This document shows positions 19,611 to 29,604 of a DNA stretch of 64,000 nt, in pieces (within the stretch, counting starts at the first letter, position 1; the number at the start of each line of letters is the position of its first letter). Both the position numbers and the translations under genes were made by a program. The stretch comes from Sulfitobacter sp. (GTDB lineage: Bacteria; Pseudomonadota; Alphaproteobacteria; Rhodobacterales; Rhodobacteraceae): NCBI GenBank assembly GCA_039986635.1, contig JBDWQI010000157.1, positions 321,609 to 385,608 on the forward strand, given 5' to 3'. The notes under the pieces are model-generated. The model was not told the DNA's origin, searched no databases, and saw only the letters and a list, made by a program, of their open reading frames with translations.

Positions 19611-20336
19611 ATGATTATACGTTTGATATCCGTTTTGGCCGCAACTGCAGTCCTTGCTGCCTGTCAGCCCGCCGTGCCTGATTCTGGACGTGGCGTCGGA
19701 TTTGGGGATGATTTTGTAGATCAACAACGCAAACGTGATGCGGCCCTTGCAACAGGATCATCGATTCCCGCACCTGCTTCTGTGACGTCTGCGCCTTTGG
19801 ATGCACCTGCGGGGTCTGCTGAGGCAACTGCCGCTGAAACGGCGCGCATTTTGGCACAAACAAGCAACGGTGCGCTCCCAAATCCTGAGGGCGGGCCGGT
19901 GGTTGCGAGCCCATCAAATCCGCCCCCACCTGTGCTGAATTCAGCGGGTATCTCAAATGAAAACAACTTTGATGCGGTTGCGGATGAACGCAGCATCGAA
20001 GGGGATGCGGCGCGGCTTGCCTCAAACCGGGCGCAATATCAGGTCGTGCAGCCAGAAGCGCTGCCGGAACGTGGGTCTTCTGGCCCGAACGTGGTGGCTT
20101 TTGCCCTGCAAACAACCCATGCGCGGGGCACACAACGCTATCGCCGCAGCGGGTTCACCCGTCAGGCCAAATACGACCGCTCCTGCGCTGCATTTGCAAC
20201 CGCCGATGAAGCTCAGATCGATTTCCTGGCGCGTGGTGGTCCGGAAAAAGACCGACAAGGCATGGATCCGGACGGTGATGGATTTGCCTGTACCTGGGAT
20301 CCAACACCTTATCGGCGCGCCGCACAGCAAGGCTGA
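19611..20336 (+). CDS. Hypothetical lipoprotein with C-terminal Excalibur-like Ca-binding motif
   Basis: Lipobox VLAAC; MDPDGDGFACTWDP. Confidence 0.65.
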   Translation: MIIRLISVLAATAVLAACQPAVPDSGRGVGFGDDFVDQQRKRDAALATGSSIPAPASVTSAPLDAPAGSAEATAAETARILAQTSNGALPNPEGGPVVASPSNPPPPVLNSAGISNENNFDAVADERSIEGDAARLASNRAQYQVVQPEALPERGSSGPNVVAFALQTTHARGTQRYRRSGFTRQAKYDRSCAAFATADEAQIDFLARGGPEKDRQGMDPDGDGFACTWDPTPYRRAAQQG

Positions 20337-20339
20337 GTC

Positions 20340-21014
20340 GTGGACCAGCCGGGCGTATCTCAGGTCCCGTCCCCCAATTTCGGATCCCGTCGTGATGGGC
20401 TGATGCCACAATTGATCGTCATCCATTATACCGCGATGAGAGACGCTGAGGCGGCCATTGCGCGGCTGTGTGACCCGGTGGCCGAAGTCTCAGCCCACTA
20501 CCTGATCGCCTGCACAGGTCAGATCACCCAACTTGTGCCGGAAAAGCAACGCGCATGGCATGCGGGCGCGGGAGAATGGCAGGGCCAAAGCGATATCAAC
20601 TCGCGCTCCATTGGCATAGAGCTCGACAATCGGGGTGATCACCCCTTTTCTGCCCCGCAAATGAATGCGCTCGAAACGCTTATGATCGGGATCATGCAAC
20701 GCTGGGACATTTCGCCAGCCGGGGTGATTGGTCACTCAGATATGGCGCCGGGCCGCAAGGTGGATCCGGGTCCGCATTTTGATTGGATGCGGCTTGCGCG
20801 GCAGGGGCTGGCCGCCGCTGGGGGTTGTGATCCGGGCCCCCAAGACCCCTGCGCCGATAGCTTCCGCAGGGTTGCGCGCCAGAGTGGGTTTAGCGCTGAT
20901 GTGGATGATGAAACCCTGCTGGCGGCTGTGCGCTTGCGCTATAATCCCCATTTGTCCGGGCCGCTCACGGCCGCGGATTACACCCCGCTTGGCCACAGCG
21001 CCTTGTGGGCCTGA
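20340..21014 (+). CDS. N-acetylmuramoyl-L-alanine amidase (Amidase_2/AmpD-like)
   Basis: VIHYT, VSAHY, RAWHAG, NSRSIGIEL, GHSDMAPGRKVDPG. Confidence 0.92.
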   Translation: MDQPGVSQVPSPNFGSRRDGLMPQLIVIHYTAMRDAEAAIARLCDPVAEVSAHYLIACTGQITQLVPEKQRAWHAGAGEWQGQSDINSRSIGIELDNRGDHPFSAPQMNALETLMIGIMQRWDISPAGVIGHSDMAPGRKVDPGPHFDWMRLARQGLAAAGGCDPGPQDPCADSFRRVARQSGFSADVDDETLLAAVRLRYNPHLSGPLTAADYTPLGHSALWA

Positions 21015-21147
21015 CCATCATGGGGTCCACCACCCTTGCCCCTCTTTTTGGCCTTATATACCGATCCCACCTTTCCACACCGGACCGCCCGTTTGCGTTC
21101 ATTCCCTTCTTGACTTGCCCCAACTGCGCCCGCTAGGCGTGTCGCGC

Positions 21148-21534
21148 GCGGAAGGCTGGATGATCGCGGCTGCTTTATGTGGTCGAGGAAAGTCCGGACT
21201 CCAAGAAACATCGGTGCCGGGTAACGCCCGGGCGGGGTAACCCGACGGACAGCGCCACAGAAATGAAACCGCCTTATGTGCGGGCGCAGGCCCACACAAA
21301 GGTAAGGGTGAAACGGTGGGGTAAGAGCCCACCGCGCCGTTGGCAACAGGGGTGGCAAGGCAAGCCCCACCGGGAGCAATGCCAAATAGGGGCCGCGCGT
21401 CGCAAGACAGGGTTGTTTTTACCCCAGCAGGTCCGGGTTGGCAGCTATAGCCGTCGTGGTAACACGCCGGTCAGAGGAATGATCATCCAAGAGAGGCAAC
21501 TCTCGGGACAAAATCCGGCTTACAGGCTTTCCGC
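21148..21534 (+). ncRNA. rnpB: RNase P RNA (type A)
   Basis: GAGGAAAGTCCGGACTC, CAGCGCCACAGAAA, AAGGGTGAAACGGTGGGGTAAGAGCCCACC, ACAAAATCCGGCTTA; P1 GCGGAAGG/CTTTCCGC. Confidence 0.96.
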
Positions 21535-21726
21535 GCAATTTTTCCAAGGTCGGTTTCTATTAAAGAATCCCCGCCTGTGTTTTGAAATCCCGGCGCATGT
21601 GGAAAGGCTGCGGGCAAAGGCTTAAGACCAGCTTTTGGTGTTGACTCGCGCACCCATCCGGTTAAAAGCCAAAACTCAGAATTCAAGCAAACAGCCCGGC
21701 GCTGTTCTGCAGCAGGAGAAGATAAA

Positions 21727-21894
21727 ATGGCAAAGCCAACCACGATCAAGATCCGTCTGAACTCGTCCGCGGGCACAGGCCACTTCTACGTCACCAAAAA
21801 GAACGCGCGCACCATGACCGAAAAAATGGTTGTGCGGAAGTATGACCCGGTTGCGCGTAAGCACGTGGAATACAAAGAAGGCAAAATCAAATAA
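21727..21894 (+). CDS. rpmG: 50S ribosomal protein L33 (Cys-free form)
   Basis: Hand translation [55 protein letters not shown] (55 aa, below the ORF-track cutoff). Confidence 0.97.
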   Translation: MAKPTTIKIRLNSSAGTGHFYVTKKNARTMTEKMVVRKYDPVARKHVEYKEGKIK

Positions 21895-21920
21895 GATCAG
21901 CTGATCTGTTTGGATGCAGG

Positions 21921-21945
21921 GCCGCGCGGCAAGCGCGGCTTTTTG
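21921..21945 (+). terminator. Rho-independent terminator after rpmG
   Basis: GCCGCGC-ggcaa-GCGCGGC-TTTTT. Confidence 0.75.
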
Positions 21946-21976
21946 CGTTTGGGCATAGCAGAGCGGGAGAGGCAAA

Positions 21977-22489
21977 ATGCAGCGCGTGATGATTCTGGGC
22001 GGTTCTGGATCTGGTAAATCAACGCTTGCCCGCCGCTTGGGCGCACAGACCGGTTTGCCGGTGTTTCATATGGATCATATCCAGTGGCAGGCAGGGTGGG
22101 TCTCACGGACCCGCGACGTGCGCCGCGAGATGGCGCTGGAAATTGAAAATCAGGACAAATGGATTTTCGAGGGTGGCTTTTCTACAACCTATGAACATCG
22201 CGCTGCCCGTGCGGATACATTGATCTGGCTGGACCTGCCTGTGGGGCTGCGGTTGTGGCGGGTGACGAAACGGTTGTTCCGGTATTGGGGGCAGGCCCGC
22301 CCGGATATGGCGGAGGGGTGCGTAGAGGGTTTCCATAGCGAAACGCTGCCCTTCTACATCTGGATTTGGCAAACGAGGCATAGCAGTCGGGTCCGAATCC
22401 AGAAGCTCATTGAGGAATTGGGTCCAGATACCAAGGTTGTCCATCTGTGCAGGGCACGCGCGGTCCGGCAATATTTGGCACAGGTCTGA
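21977..22489 (+). CDS. AAA/adenylate-kinase-like protein (FlaR/topology-modulation family)
   Basis: ILGGSGSGKST, HMDHIQW, WIFEG, ADTLIWLD. Confidence 0.8.
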   Translation: MQRVMILGGSGSGKSTLARRLGAQTGLPVFHMDHIQWQAGWVSRTRDVRREMALEIENQDKWIFEGGFSTTYEHRAARADTLIWLDLPVGLRLWRVTKRLFRYWGQARPDMAEGCVEGFHSETLPFYIWIWQTRHSSRVRIQKLIEELGPDTKVVHLCRARAVRQYLAQV

Positions 22490-22771
22490 TCCAGCCCCAT
22501 ACTCTGGGGTCTTGGTGTTTTGAGGCCGCTATGAGGGGAAGTACGCCAGGCCGTAGCGGATAATCAGGATGGGGGGCGATGCGTTGAGGGGCCGGCTGAC
22601 CACCTCTGTTGTGATGAACCCGCCGTGGTCGTTTAATGAGACCCATAGCTGCGGGGTCTCCAGTGCTGTTTGGGCCTCATTGTGTCTGGATGTTGGGATA
22701 AACCTTGTTGCCAAGCTTGGCGTTCGGGGCAGGCGGATCAAGGATCAAAGGGTCAGTCAGGTGGCGGGCAT

Positions 22772-22806
22772 AAAAAAGCCTGCCAGATCGAAATCTGACA
22801 GGCTTT
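22772..22806 (-). terminator. Terminator of the BI-1/YccA gene
   Basis: AAAAAAGCCTGCCAGAT-cgaa-ATCTGACAGGCTTT. Confidence 0.75.
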
Positions 22807-22827
22807 CTGGAAGCGATGTATCGCGGG

Positions 22828-23604
22828 TTATTCGCGGCTGCCGAAAAGCTGCAACAGCATCATGAACATGTTGATGAAGTTGATGTAGAGGCTCAGCGCG
22901 CCCATGATGGCCGCTTTGCCCAGCCATTCGCTGTCGCCGTGGTGCGCATGGGCGATATACTCGGTTTTGATCCGCTGTGTGTCATAGGCTGTCAGACCAG
23001 CAAAGATCAGCACGCCAATTGCCGAGATGGCAAACATCAGTGCCGGTGAGGCGAGGAAGATGTTCACAACAGAGGCAACGATCAGACCAATCACACCCAT
23101 GATCAGGAAGCTTCCCCAACCGGAGATGTCCTTTTTCGTGGTGTAGCCCCAAAGGGAGAGACCCGCGAAAGCGATCGAGGTGATCAGGAAGATCTGAGCG
23201 ATGGAATGCCCGGTGTAGACCAGAAAGATGGAACTGATGGAAACACCCATCACAGCGGCAAATGCGTAGAATACGGTTTGCGCGGTGGCAGCAGACATTT
23301 TGTTGATCATCGCGCCAAGCCCAAAGACAAAGGCAAGTGGCGCCAACATCACAACCCATTTCAACGGCGAGGCATAAAGCGCATAGCCAAGACCCGTCAG
23401 GTATTGATCAGGCCCAAGTTGAGCGGCCGCGCCAGCGGGATCGGATGTCACCGCAAGACCTGAAATGGCCCAAGCGGCGGCAAATGTGATCAGCATGCCA
23501 ACGGACATTGTGCCGTAGACTTTGTTCATGTGGGCGCGCAGACCCGCATCGATGTCGGCGGCGCGGGCTCCGGCTGCACTCCGGATTGTATTCACGTCAG
23601 CCAT
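22828..23604 (-). CDS. Bax inhibitor-1/YccA family membrane protein
   Basis: IDAGLRAHMNKVY, GYTTKKD.S, GLTAYDTQRIK, GALSLY.NF.NMF. Confidence 0.92.
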   Translation of the reverse strand: MADVNTIRSAAGARAADIDAGLRAHMNKVYGTMSVGMLITFAAAWAISGLAVTSDPAGAAAQLGPDQYLTGLGYALYASPLKWVVMLAPLAFVFGLGAMINKMSAATAQTVFYAFAAVMGVSISSIFLVYTGHSIAQIFLITSIAFAGLSLWGYTTKKDISGWGSFLIMGVIGLIVASVVNIFLASPALMFAISAIGVLIFAGLTAYDTQRIKTEYIAHAHHGDSEWLGKAAIMGALSLYINFINMFMMLLQLFGSRE

Positions 23605-23832
23605 TGATAGACCTCCAATTGACGAAATTCAGTTTACTACTGGGCAAAGCGGCCCTGCATTGCGCTAAATATCATCATTCTTGAGGGCTTTTTCAAGGCA
23701 GAACCTGCGGCAGGATGCCGCAAGTTTGATGTTATCGTGATCTGGTTCGATTTTTGCGCAGGTTTACATGGCGACGACAGGTGTTTTTCGTCCAATAGTC
23801 GCTTTTTATCGCAAAATCGTTATGGCGCGTTC

Positions 23833-24051
23833 TTAATGGACCCAATGGGAAGGGACGTCCCAGATTGGCCGCTGCGCTTCTTTTTGGGCGTCTCTGGCGG
23901 ACAGGCCGATGTCAGCCAGCATTGCATCATCCAGTGTTTTGAGCTGTTGACGGCTGCGCCATAGGTTCACGATGGACACGACGAACCCAAGAACGGACAT
24001 CCGGTGGGAGCGTGACAGAGATTGTGCGGTGTGGGATGCGGCGAATGACAT
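23833..24051 (-). CDS. DUF1127 (YjiS-like) small protein
   Basis: WRSRQQLKTLDDAMLADIGLS; divergent from a LysR gene. Confidence 0.8.
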   Translation of the reverse strand: MSFAASHTAQSLSRSHRMSVLGFVVSIVNLWRSRQQLKTLDDAMLADIGLSARDAQKEAQRPIWDVPSHWVH

Positions 24052-24174
24052 GTGATCTGACCTTCAGTTATTGTGATGTTTTTCCGATTAGTATTTCGAT
24101 GCTTGATATATGATGCGGGTGCGGCAATAATGAAAACGAATGTTTGTTAGGTAATACATCACGGAGTTTGATAT

Positions 24175-25050
24175 ATGAGAAATCTCGACATTACGACGCT
24201 TCGATCCTTTGTTGCTGTTGCAGATTCTGGTGGGGTCACCCGTGCAGCGGGGTTTCTGCATTTGACGCAATCTGCCGTCTCAATGCAGCTTAAAAGGCTT
24301 GAAGATATGTTGGGCTTGTCGTTGTTGGACCGCAGCGGCCGCACCATCGCCTTGACTGCATCCGGTGAACAATTGCTGGTTTATGCGCGCCGGATGATCG
24401 CATTGAATGATGAGGTCATCACGCGCCTGACGGATCAAGCTTTTGAAGGAGAGATTACTTTGGGGGTGCCGCATGACGTGGTGTATCCTGCGGTGCCTCA
24501 GGTGCTAAAGCAATTCAATGCGATCTTTCCACGGGTCAAAATTCAATTGGAGGCCTCATATACCCGCATCTTGAAGGACCAGTTTGCCAAGGGGGATCGT
24601 GATGTGATTGTCACAACCGAAACCGGGGTGGATCAGGGCGGCGAGATATTAGCCATCAAGCCGCTGGTTTGGGTTGGGGCGCCCGGCGGTACAGCCTGGC
24701 GTCAACGACCATTGCAGCTGGCCTTTTGCCGGTATTGTGTATTCCGCCCGCTTGTCGTGGCGGCTTTGGATGCCGCGGAAATCCCTTGGGAGATGAGTGT
24801 GGACACAGATAGCGATCGTACAATTGAAGCGGCGGTCAGCGCGGATCTGGCGGTTCATGCAATGATTGAAGGGACCCAGCCACCCTATCTGGAGGTGTTG
24901 GACCATGGCGGCGCGTTGCCGGACTTACCCGCACAGCAAGTCAACCTTTATGGGACCAAAGAGAGTGGTGACGAGGTGCGTGATACCTTGATTGATCTCT
25001 TACGTACTGCCTTTGGTGGCAGCCAAATGCCGCGACTCAAGGCTGTTTGA
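24175..25050 (+). CDS. LysR-family regulator
   Basis: LRSFVAVADSGGVTRAAGFLHLTQSAVSMQLKRLE. Confidence 0.93.
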   Translation: MRNLDITTLRSFVAVADSGGVTRAAGFLHLTQSAVSMQLKRLEDMLGLSLLDRSGRTIALTASGEQLLVYARRMIALNDEVITRLTDQAFEGEITLGVPHDVVYPAVPQVLKQFNAIFPRVKIQLEASYTRILKDQFAKGDRDVIVTTETGVDQGGEILAIKPLVWVGAPGGTAWRQRPLQLAFCRYCVFRPLVVAALDAAEIPWEMSVDTDSDRTIEAAVSADLAVHAMIEGTQPPYLEVLDHGGALPDLPAQQVNLYGTKESGDEVRDTLIDLLRTAFGGSQMPRLKAV

Positions 25051-25466
25051 CAGTGTTAGCGCTAAAGAAAGAGAAAAAATCCGTATTCCATGAGCGGGAA
25101 TTAGCCTAGAGCGTTTTTTGATGTGCTGACGATGAGGACGGCAAAAAGGAGTGAGGGGGAATTTTTGTGATTTCTACCATAGGGTGAGTATTCCTCAATG
25201 AAAACAATGGCAGATTGCCAGTGTTCACGCGATGTGGCGAAAATGTTACATGAATTATGTCGCATAAACATGCTTCTACCTTAGGATGTTGATTGCGCCC
25301 ACTTTCAGTTGAGTGGGCCAAAAACAGCATTCGCTAAAGGTGAAACCATTATTCTTTTGATCATTTAGGCTTGTCTTGTAGAGTGACATCACCGCACAAA
25401 GCACTGACAAGAGACTTGAGAGAAGCAGTTTCGCTAAGCAATGATCGCAGTAAGGAAACGGACAAC

Positions 25467-25853
25467 ATGGCGCATAGGGTAGATATTCATGTCGGGCAAA
25501 AGATCCGGCAGCGTCGTTGGCTGACGGGTATGACGCAGCAGCGGCTAGCGGAAATTGTCGGGATCAAGTTTCAGCAAATCCAGAAATATGAAACCGGAGC
25601 CAACCGCGTCAGCGCGTCACGGCTGTGGGATATTGGTGAAGCTTTGGGTGTTGACGTGGCCTCCTTCTTTGAAGGGATCAAATCCTCTGAGGAAGTTGTC
25701 AAAGAAAGCACCAAGGAAGGCATCAAAAATGTGCCGGTTGATGTGACAGGTGACAAAGAGGCGATGGATCTGATCCGGTCGTATTATTCGATCCCCGAAG
25801 ATCAACGCCGCCGCTTGTTCGAATTGGCCCGCGTACTAAGCGACGTCGCCTGA
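25467..25853 (+). CDS. XRE/HTH_3 transcriptional regulator
   Basis: VDIHVGQKIRQRR...GIKFQQIQKYETGANRVSASRL; RBS AAGGA. Confidence 0.9.
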   Translation: MAHRVDIHVGQKIRQRRWLTGMTQQRLAEIVGIKFQQIQKYETGANRVSASRLWDIGEALGVDVASFFEGIKSSEEVVKESTKEGIKNVPVDVTGDKEAMDLIRSYYSIPEDQRRRLFELARVLSDVA

Positions 25854-25885
25854 TCCTGCTTCTCATGGCGTGAGACCCATCTGTC

Positions 25886-26683
25886 ATGACCATCCCCGCT
25901 TTTGACGAAGAGTTGCGCGCCGTTGCGCATGAGTTGGCGGACGCCGCGCGCGCGGCGACGCTGCCGCATTTTCGCAGCGCGACGCTTGCTGCTGATAATA
26001 AACAACCTGCGGGTTTTGATCCGGTAACAGTGGCTGATCGCGCCGCTGAACAGGTCATGCGCGAAATCTTATCCCAAAAGCGCCCCAAGGACGGCATTCT
26101 GGGGGAGGAATATGGTACGCAGGCGGGCACGTCCGGCTTGACCTGGGTGTTGGACCCTATTGATGGCACGCGCGGGTTTATTTCAGGGACACCGACCTGG
26201 GGCGTTCTGATTGCGCTCAGCACCGATGCCGGACCATTTTATGGGATCATTGATCAACCGTATATCGGTGAGCGTTTTGAAGGGGGGCCAAACGGGGCCA
26301 CGCTAATCGGGCCGCATGGCCAATCCGATTTGCGCACCTGCCCGGCGCGCGGTTTGGCTGAGGCCACGGTGCTGACCACTTTTCCCGAAGTTGGTAGCCA
26401 AGCGGATCATGATGGATTTCACGCCGTGGCCGGCAAAGCCCGACTGACGCGGTATGGGATGGATTGCTATGGCTATGCGCTGCTGGCTGCGGGGCAGGTC
26501 GATTTGGTGATCGAAGCCGGGTTGGCCCCTTATGACATTCAGGCACCCATCGCGGTGGTTCAGGCCGCAGGCGGCATCGTCACGGATTGGCAGGGGGGGG
26601 CGGCTCATAATGGAGGGCGCGCGATTGCCGCTGCAAACGCTGATATCCATGCCGAAGCTCTTGCGATTTTGCGGCAATATTGA
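25886..26683 (+). CDS. hisN: Histidinol-phosphatase, inositol monophosphatase family
   Basis: DPVTVADR, ILGEE, WVLDPIDGTRGF, YDIQA. Confidence 0.82.
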   Translation: MTIPAFDEELRAVAHELADAARAATLPHFRSATLAADNKQPAGFDPVTVADRAAEQVMREILSQKRPKDGILGEEYGTQAGTSGLTWVLDPIDGTRGFISGTPTWGVLIALSTDAGPFYGIIDQPYIGERFEGGPNGATLIGPHGQSDLRTCPARGLAEATVLTTFPEVGSQADHDGFHAVAGKARLTRYGMDCYGYALLAAGQVDLVIEAGLAPYDIQAPIAVVQAAGGIVTDWQGGAAHNGGRAIAAANADIHAEALAILRQY

Positions 26684-26791
26684 CGCAGGCAGGTCGCGCG
26701 ATCTAAGGTAGCTATGGCCACCAGAGTCTCTCCCATTTTCCCTCTGTCCGGCTGATCCTTTGAGGTGGGGTATCAGTCCTAGGAGGACCCC

Positions 26792-28123
26792 ATGTCAGAA
26801 ATCCTACTCAAAAACGCACAGGTCATCGTCACGATGGACGACGCGCGGCGCGAAATACACGGCGCTGATCTGCGCTTGCGTGACGGTGTGATTGCTGAAA
26901 TTGGTCATGGGCTGTCCGGCACTGCGGAAATCATCGATGTGAGCGGTTGTGTGGTCACGCCGGGCTTGGTGAACACGCATCACCATCTGTATCAATCGCT
27001 GACCCGTGCGGTGCCAGCCGGCCAAGACGCTTTGTTATTTGGGTGGTTGCGCGCTCTCTATCCGATCTGGGGGCAAATGACGCCTGAACATTTCTATGTC
27101 TCGGCCCAGATTGGGTTGGCGGAACTGGCGCTCTCGGGATGCACGCTCAGTTCGGATCACCTGTACCTTTATCCAAATGGAACCCGGTTGGAAGACACCA
27201 TTCACGCGGCCGCCGAATTGGGGCTGCGGTTTCATCCGACCCGAGGCAGCATGAGCATTGGCGAAAGTGCCGGCGGGTTGCCGCCGGATGCTCTGGTGGA
27301 AAATGAGGCCGATATTCTGCGTGATTGTGTGCGTCTGGTGGATGCCTTTCATGACCCCAAGGATGGATCGATGTGCCGGGTTGGTCTGGCGCCATGTTCG
27401 CCGTTTTCGGTCAGTCAGGATCTGATGTCCGAGACCGCCCTTCTGGCGCGCGACAAAGGGGTGATGTTGCATACGCATCTGGCTGAGAACACCGAAGACA
27501 TCGCCTATAGTCTGGAGACCTTTGGTTGCCGGCCCGGGCAATATGCGGAAAACCTTGGTTGGGTTGGGCGCGACGTCTGGCATGCGCATTGTGTGAAGCT
27601 CGACCCGTCCGAGATCGCTCTGTTTGCACAGACAGGCACGGGGGTGGCGCATTGTCCCTGTTCCAATTGCAGGCTTGGGTCCGGTATTGCGCCCTTGCGT
27701 GCTATGCGTGATGCGGGCCTGCCGGTGGGATTGGGTGTGGACGGATCAGCCAGCAACGATGCAGGCACTCTGATCGCAGAGGCCCGCATGGCGATGTTGT
27801 TGCAGCGGGTGGCGCAGGGGGCCGATGCCATGTCCGCCCGCGAAGCGCTTGAGATTGCCACGCGCGGCGGGGCGGATGTGCTGAACCGGCCGGATTGTGG
27901 ACGTCTGGACATCGGTAAACGTGCCGATATCGCCATTTGGGATGTCAGCGGTATCGCATCTGCTGGGTCATGGGACCCTGTTGCCTTGTTGTTGGCAGGG
28001 CCCACAACCGTGCGTGATCTATTTGTTGAAGGGCGTCAGATCGTGCGGGACGGTCATGTGCAAACCATTGATCTGAGCGCCCAGATCGCCCGTCAGAATG
28101 CGCTTGCGCAGGCGTTGTTTTAA
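26792..28123 (+). CDS. 8-oxoguanine deaminase (amidohydrolase)
   Basis: NTHHHLYQSLTRA, SDHLY, LHTHLAE, WHAHCV, HCPCSNCRLGSG, GVDGSASND. Confidence 0.88.
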   Translation: MSEILLKNAQVIVTMDDARREIHGADLRLRDGVIAEIGHGLSGTAEIIDVSGCVVTPGLVNTHHHLYQSLTRAVPAGQDALLFGWLRALYPIWGQMTPEHFYVSAQIGLAELALSGCTLSSDHLYLYPNGTRLEDTIHAAAELGLRFHPTRGSMSIGESAGGLPPDALVENEADILRDCVRLVDAFHDPKDGSMCRVGLAPCSPFSVSQDLMSETALLARDKGVMLHTHLAENTEDIAYSLETFGCRPGQYAENLGWVGRDVWHAHCVKLDPSEIALFAQTGTGVAHCPCSNCRLGSGIAPLRAMRDAGLPVGLGVDGSASNDAGTLIAEARMAMLLQRVAQGADAMSAREALEIATRGGADVLNRPDCGRLDIGKRADIAIWDVSGIASAGSWDPVALLLAGPTTVRDLFVEGRQIVRDGHVQTIDLSAQIARQNALAQALF

Positions 28124-28159
28124 ACGGGCATCGATGATGGGCAGCGCTAACCTTTGGTC

Positions 28160-29500
28160 TCATGACAAGGCGCGCGTGTGGGAATTGTCATTCGCCCTTG
28201 TCGGTTGGGTCTGACACACCCCGGCGACCCAAACATCGGCAATTGCGCGGTCATCCCCCATCATGATCGTGGCAAAAAGGCTTTCCCACTCGTTCTTTGC
28301 TGCGTCGTGACGTTGTGCAATAGCCGGGGTAGATGCAAGGTTCAGCACTGTCAGATCCGCCTCAAACCCTTTGGTTATCTGGCCAATGCAATCCTCCAGA
28401 TGCAGGGTTTTTGCGGACCCTGCGGTGGCAAGCCACATGAGTATTGCCGCATGCAGAGGTGTCCCGCGCAGTTGCCCGATCTCATAGGCCGCCGCCATTG
28501 TGCGCAGCATTGAAAACGACGACCCTCCGCCAGTGTCGGTGGCTAAACCGACGGAAATGCCACGCCCGCGCAAGCCGGACATGTCAAAAAGCCCCGACCC
28601 AATGAAAGTATTGGATGTTGGGCAATGCACCACTGCAGCCCCGGTCTCCGCGATGCGGTCAATCTCGCGGGGGTCAAGGTGGATGGCATGACCGAAGAGG
28701 GCCAGCGGACCAATGAGGCCATGCGTTTCATAGGTATCAAGATAATCGCGTGCGGTTGGGAACAGGTCTTTGACCCATGCAATTTCATCGGTCTGTTCGC
28801 TCAGATGAGTTTGCATCAAACAGGTGGGATGTTCGCCCCAAAGTGCCCCAAGCGCTGACAGCTGATCCGGGGTTGAGGTTGGGGAAAACCGTGGCGTGAT
28901 GGCGTAGCTGGCCCGCCCCTGACCATGCCAGCGCTCAATCAGGGCTTTGCTGTCATCATAGGCCGATTGCACATCGTCGCGCAAACCGTCCGGTGCGTTG
29001 CGATCCATACAGGTCTTGCCCGCAACAATGCGTTGATTGCGCGTGGCGGCCACCTCAAACAAGGCATCAGCGCTATGCGGGTGGATGGTACAATAAGAGG
29101 CCACCGTTGTGGTGCCATGGGCCAGGGTCAGGTCCAGATACCGCGCGGCAATGGTCTGTGCATATGCCGGATCAGACAGCCGGGTTTCTTCGGGAAAGGT
29201 GTAATCGTTGAGCCAGTCAATCAACCGTTTGCCCCAAGACGCAATGATCGCCGTTTGCGGATAATGCACATGGGCGTCCACAAAACCCGGACAAATCAGA
29301 TGGTCCTTGCCATAGCGCACCTGCGCGGCCGTCGGATATTGTGCCAAGAGGTCCGGCGCCTGCCCAACATCCGTTATCATCCCCTCTTGCAGCAAAACAC
29401 CACCGTCGGTGTTTATGTGCACATGGTCTTCCCAATCACCCACCTGTGGGGTGCCGGAATATTGCAATACGGGGCCTAGAAGCAGTGTTTGTCCGATCAT
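28160..29500 (-). CDS. guaD: Guanine deaminase
   Basis: PGFVDAHVHYPQ, YAITPRF, QTHLSE, HCPTSN, TDTGGG, MGDDRAI. Confidence 0.93.
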   Translation of the reverse strand: MIGQTLLLGPVLQYSGTPQVGDWEDHVHINTDGGVLLQEGMITDVGQAPDLLAQYPTAAQVRYGKDHLICPGFVDAHVHYPQTAIIASWGKRLIDWLNDYTFPEETRLSDPAYAQTIAARYLDLTLAHGTTTVASYCTIHPHSADALFEVAATRNQRIVAGKTCMDRNAPDGLRDDVQSAYDDSKALIERWHGQGRASYAITPRFSPTSTPDQLSALGALWGEHPTCLMQTHLSEQTDEIAWVKDLFPTARDYLDTYETHGLIGPLALFGHAIHLDPREIDRIAETGAAVVHCPTSNTFIGSGLFDMSGLRGRGISVGLATDTGGGSSFSMLRTMAAAYEIGQLRGTPLHAAILMWLATAGSAKTLHLEDCIGQITKGFEADLTVLNLASTPAIAQRHDAAKNEWESLFATIMMGDDRAIADVWVAGVCQTQPTRANDNSHTRALS

Positions 29501-29604
29501 AATTCATGTCTAAGCATCTGTTGGGACCGCGACAATGGCCTGCCGGACCATTGTGTCTGAATACCTGCTTGCCTATGCTCTGGCGAAACCTTGGGAGGAC
29601 GCCA

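Noticed and set aside
22407-22741. Possible small gene or pseudogene between the FlaR-like and BI-1 genes
   Set aside because: No convincing RBS or family motif beyond a short LIIRYGL resemblance
23605-23832. CcsR/cuckoo sRNA repeats downstream of the DUF1127 gene
   Set aside because: No CCTCCTCCC hairpin repeats on the coding strand
26684-26791. Purine riboswitch before the 8-oxoguanine deaminase
   Set aside because: No purine aptamer core sequence or three-way junction visible
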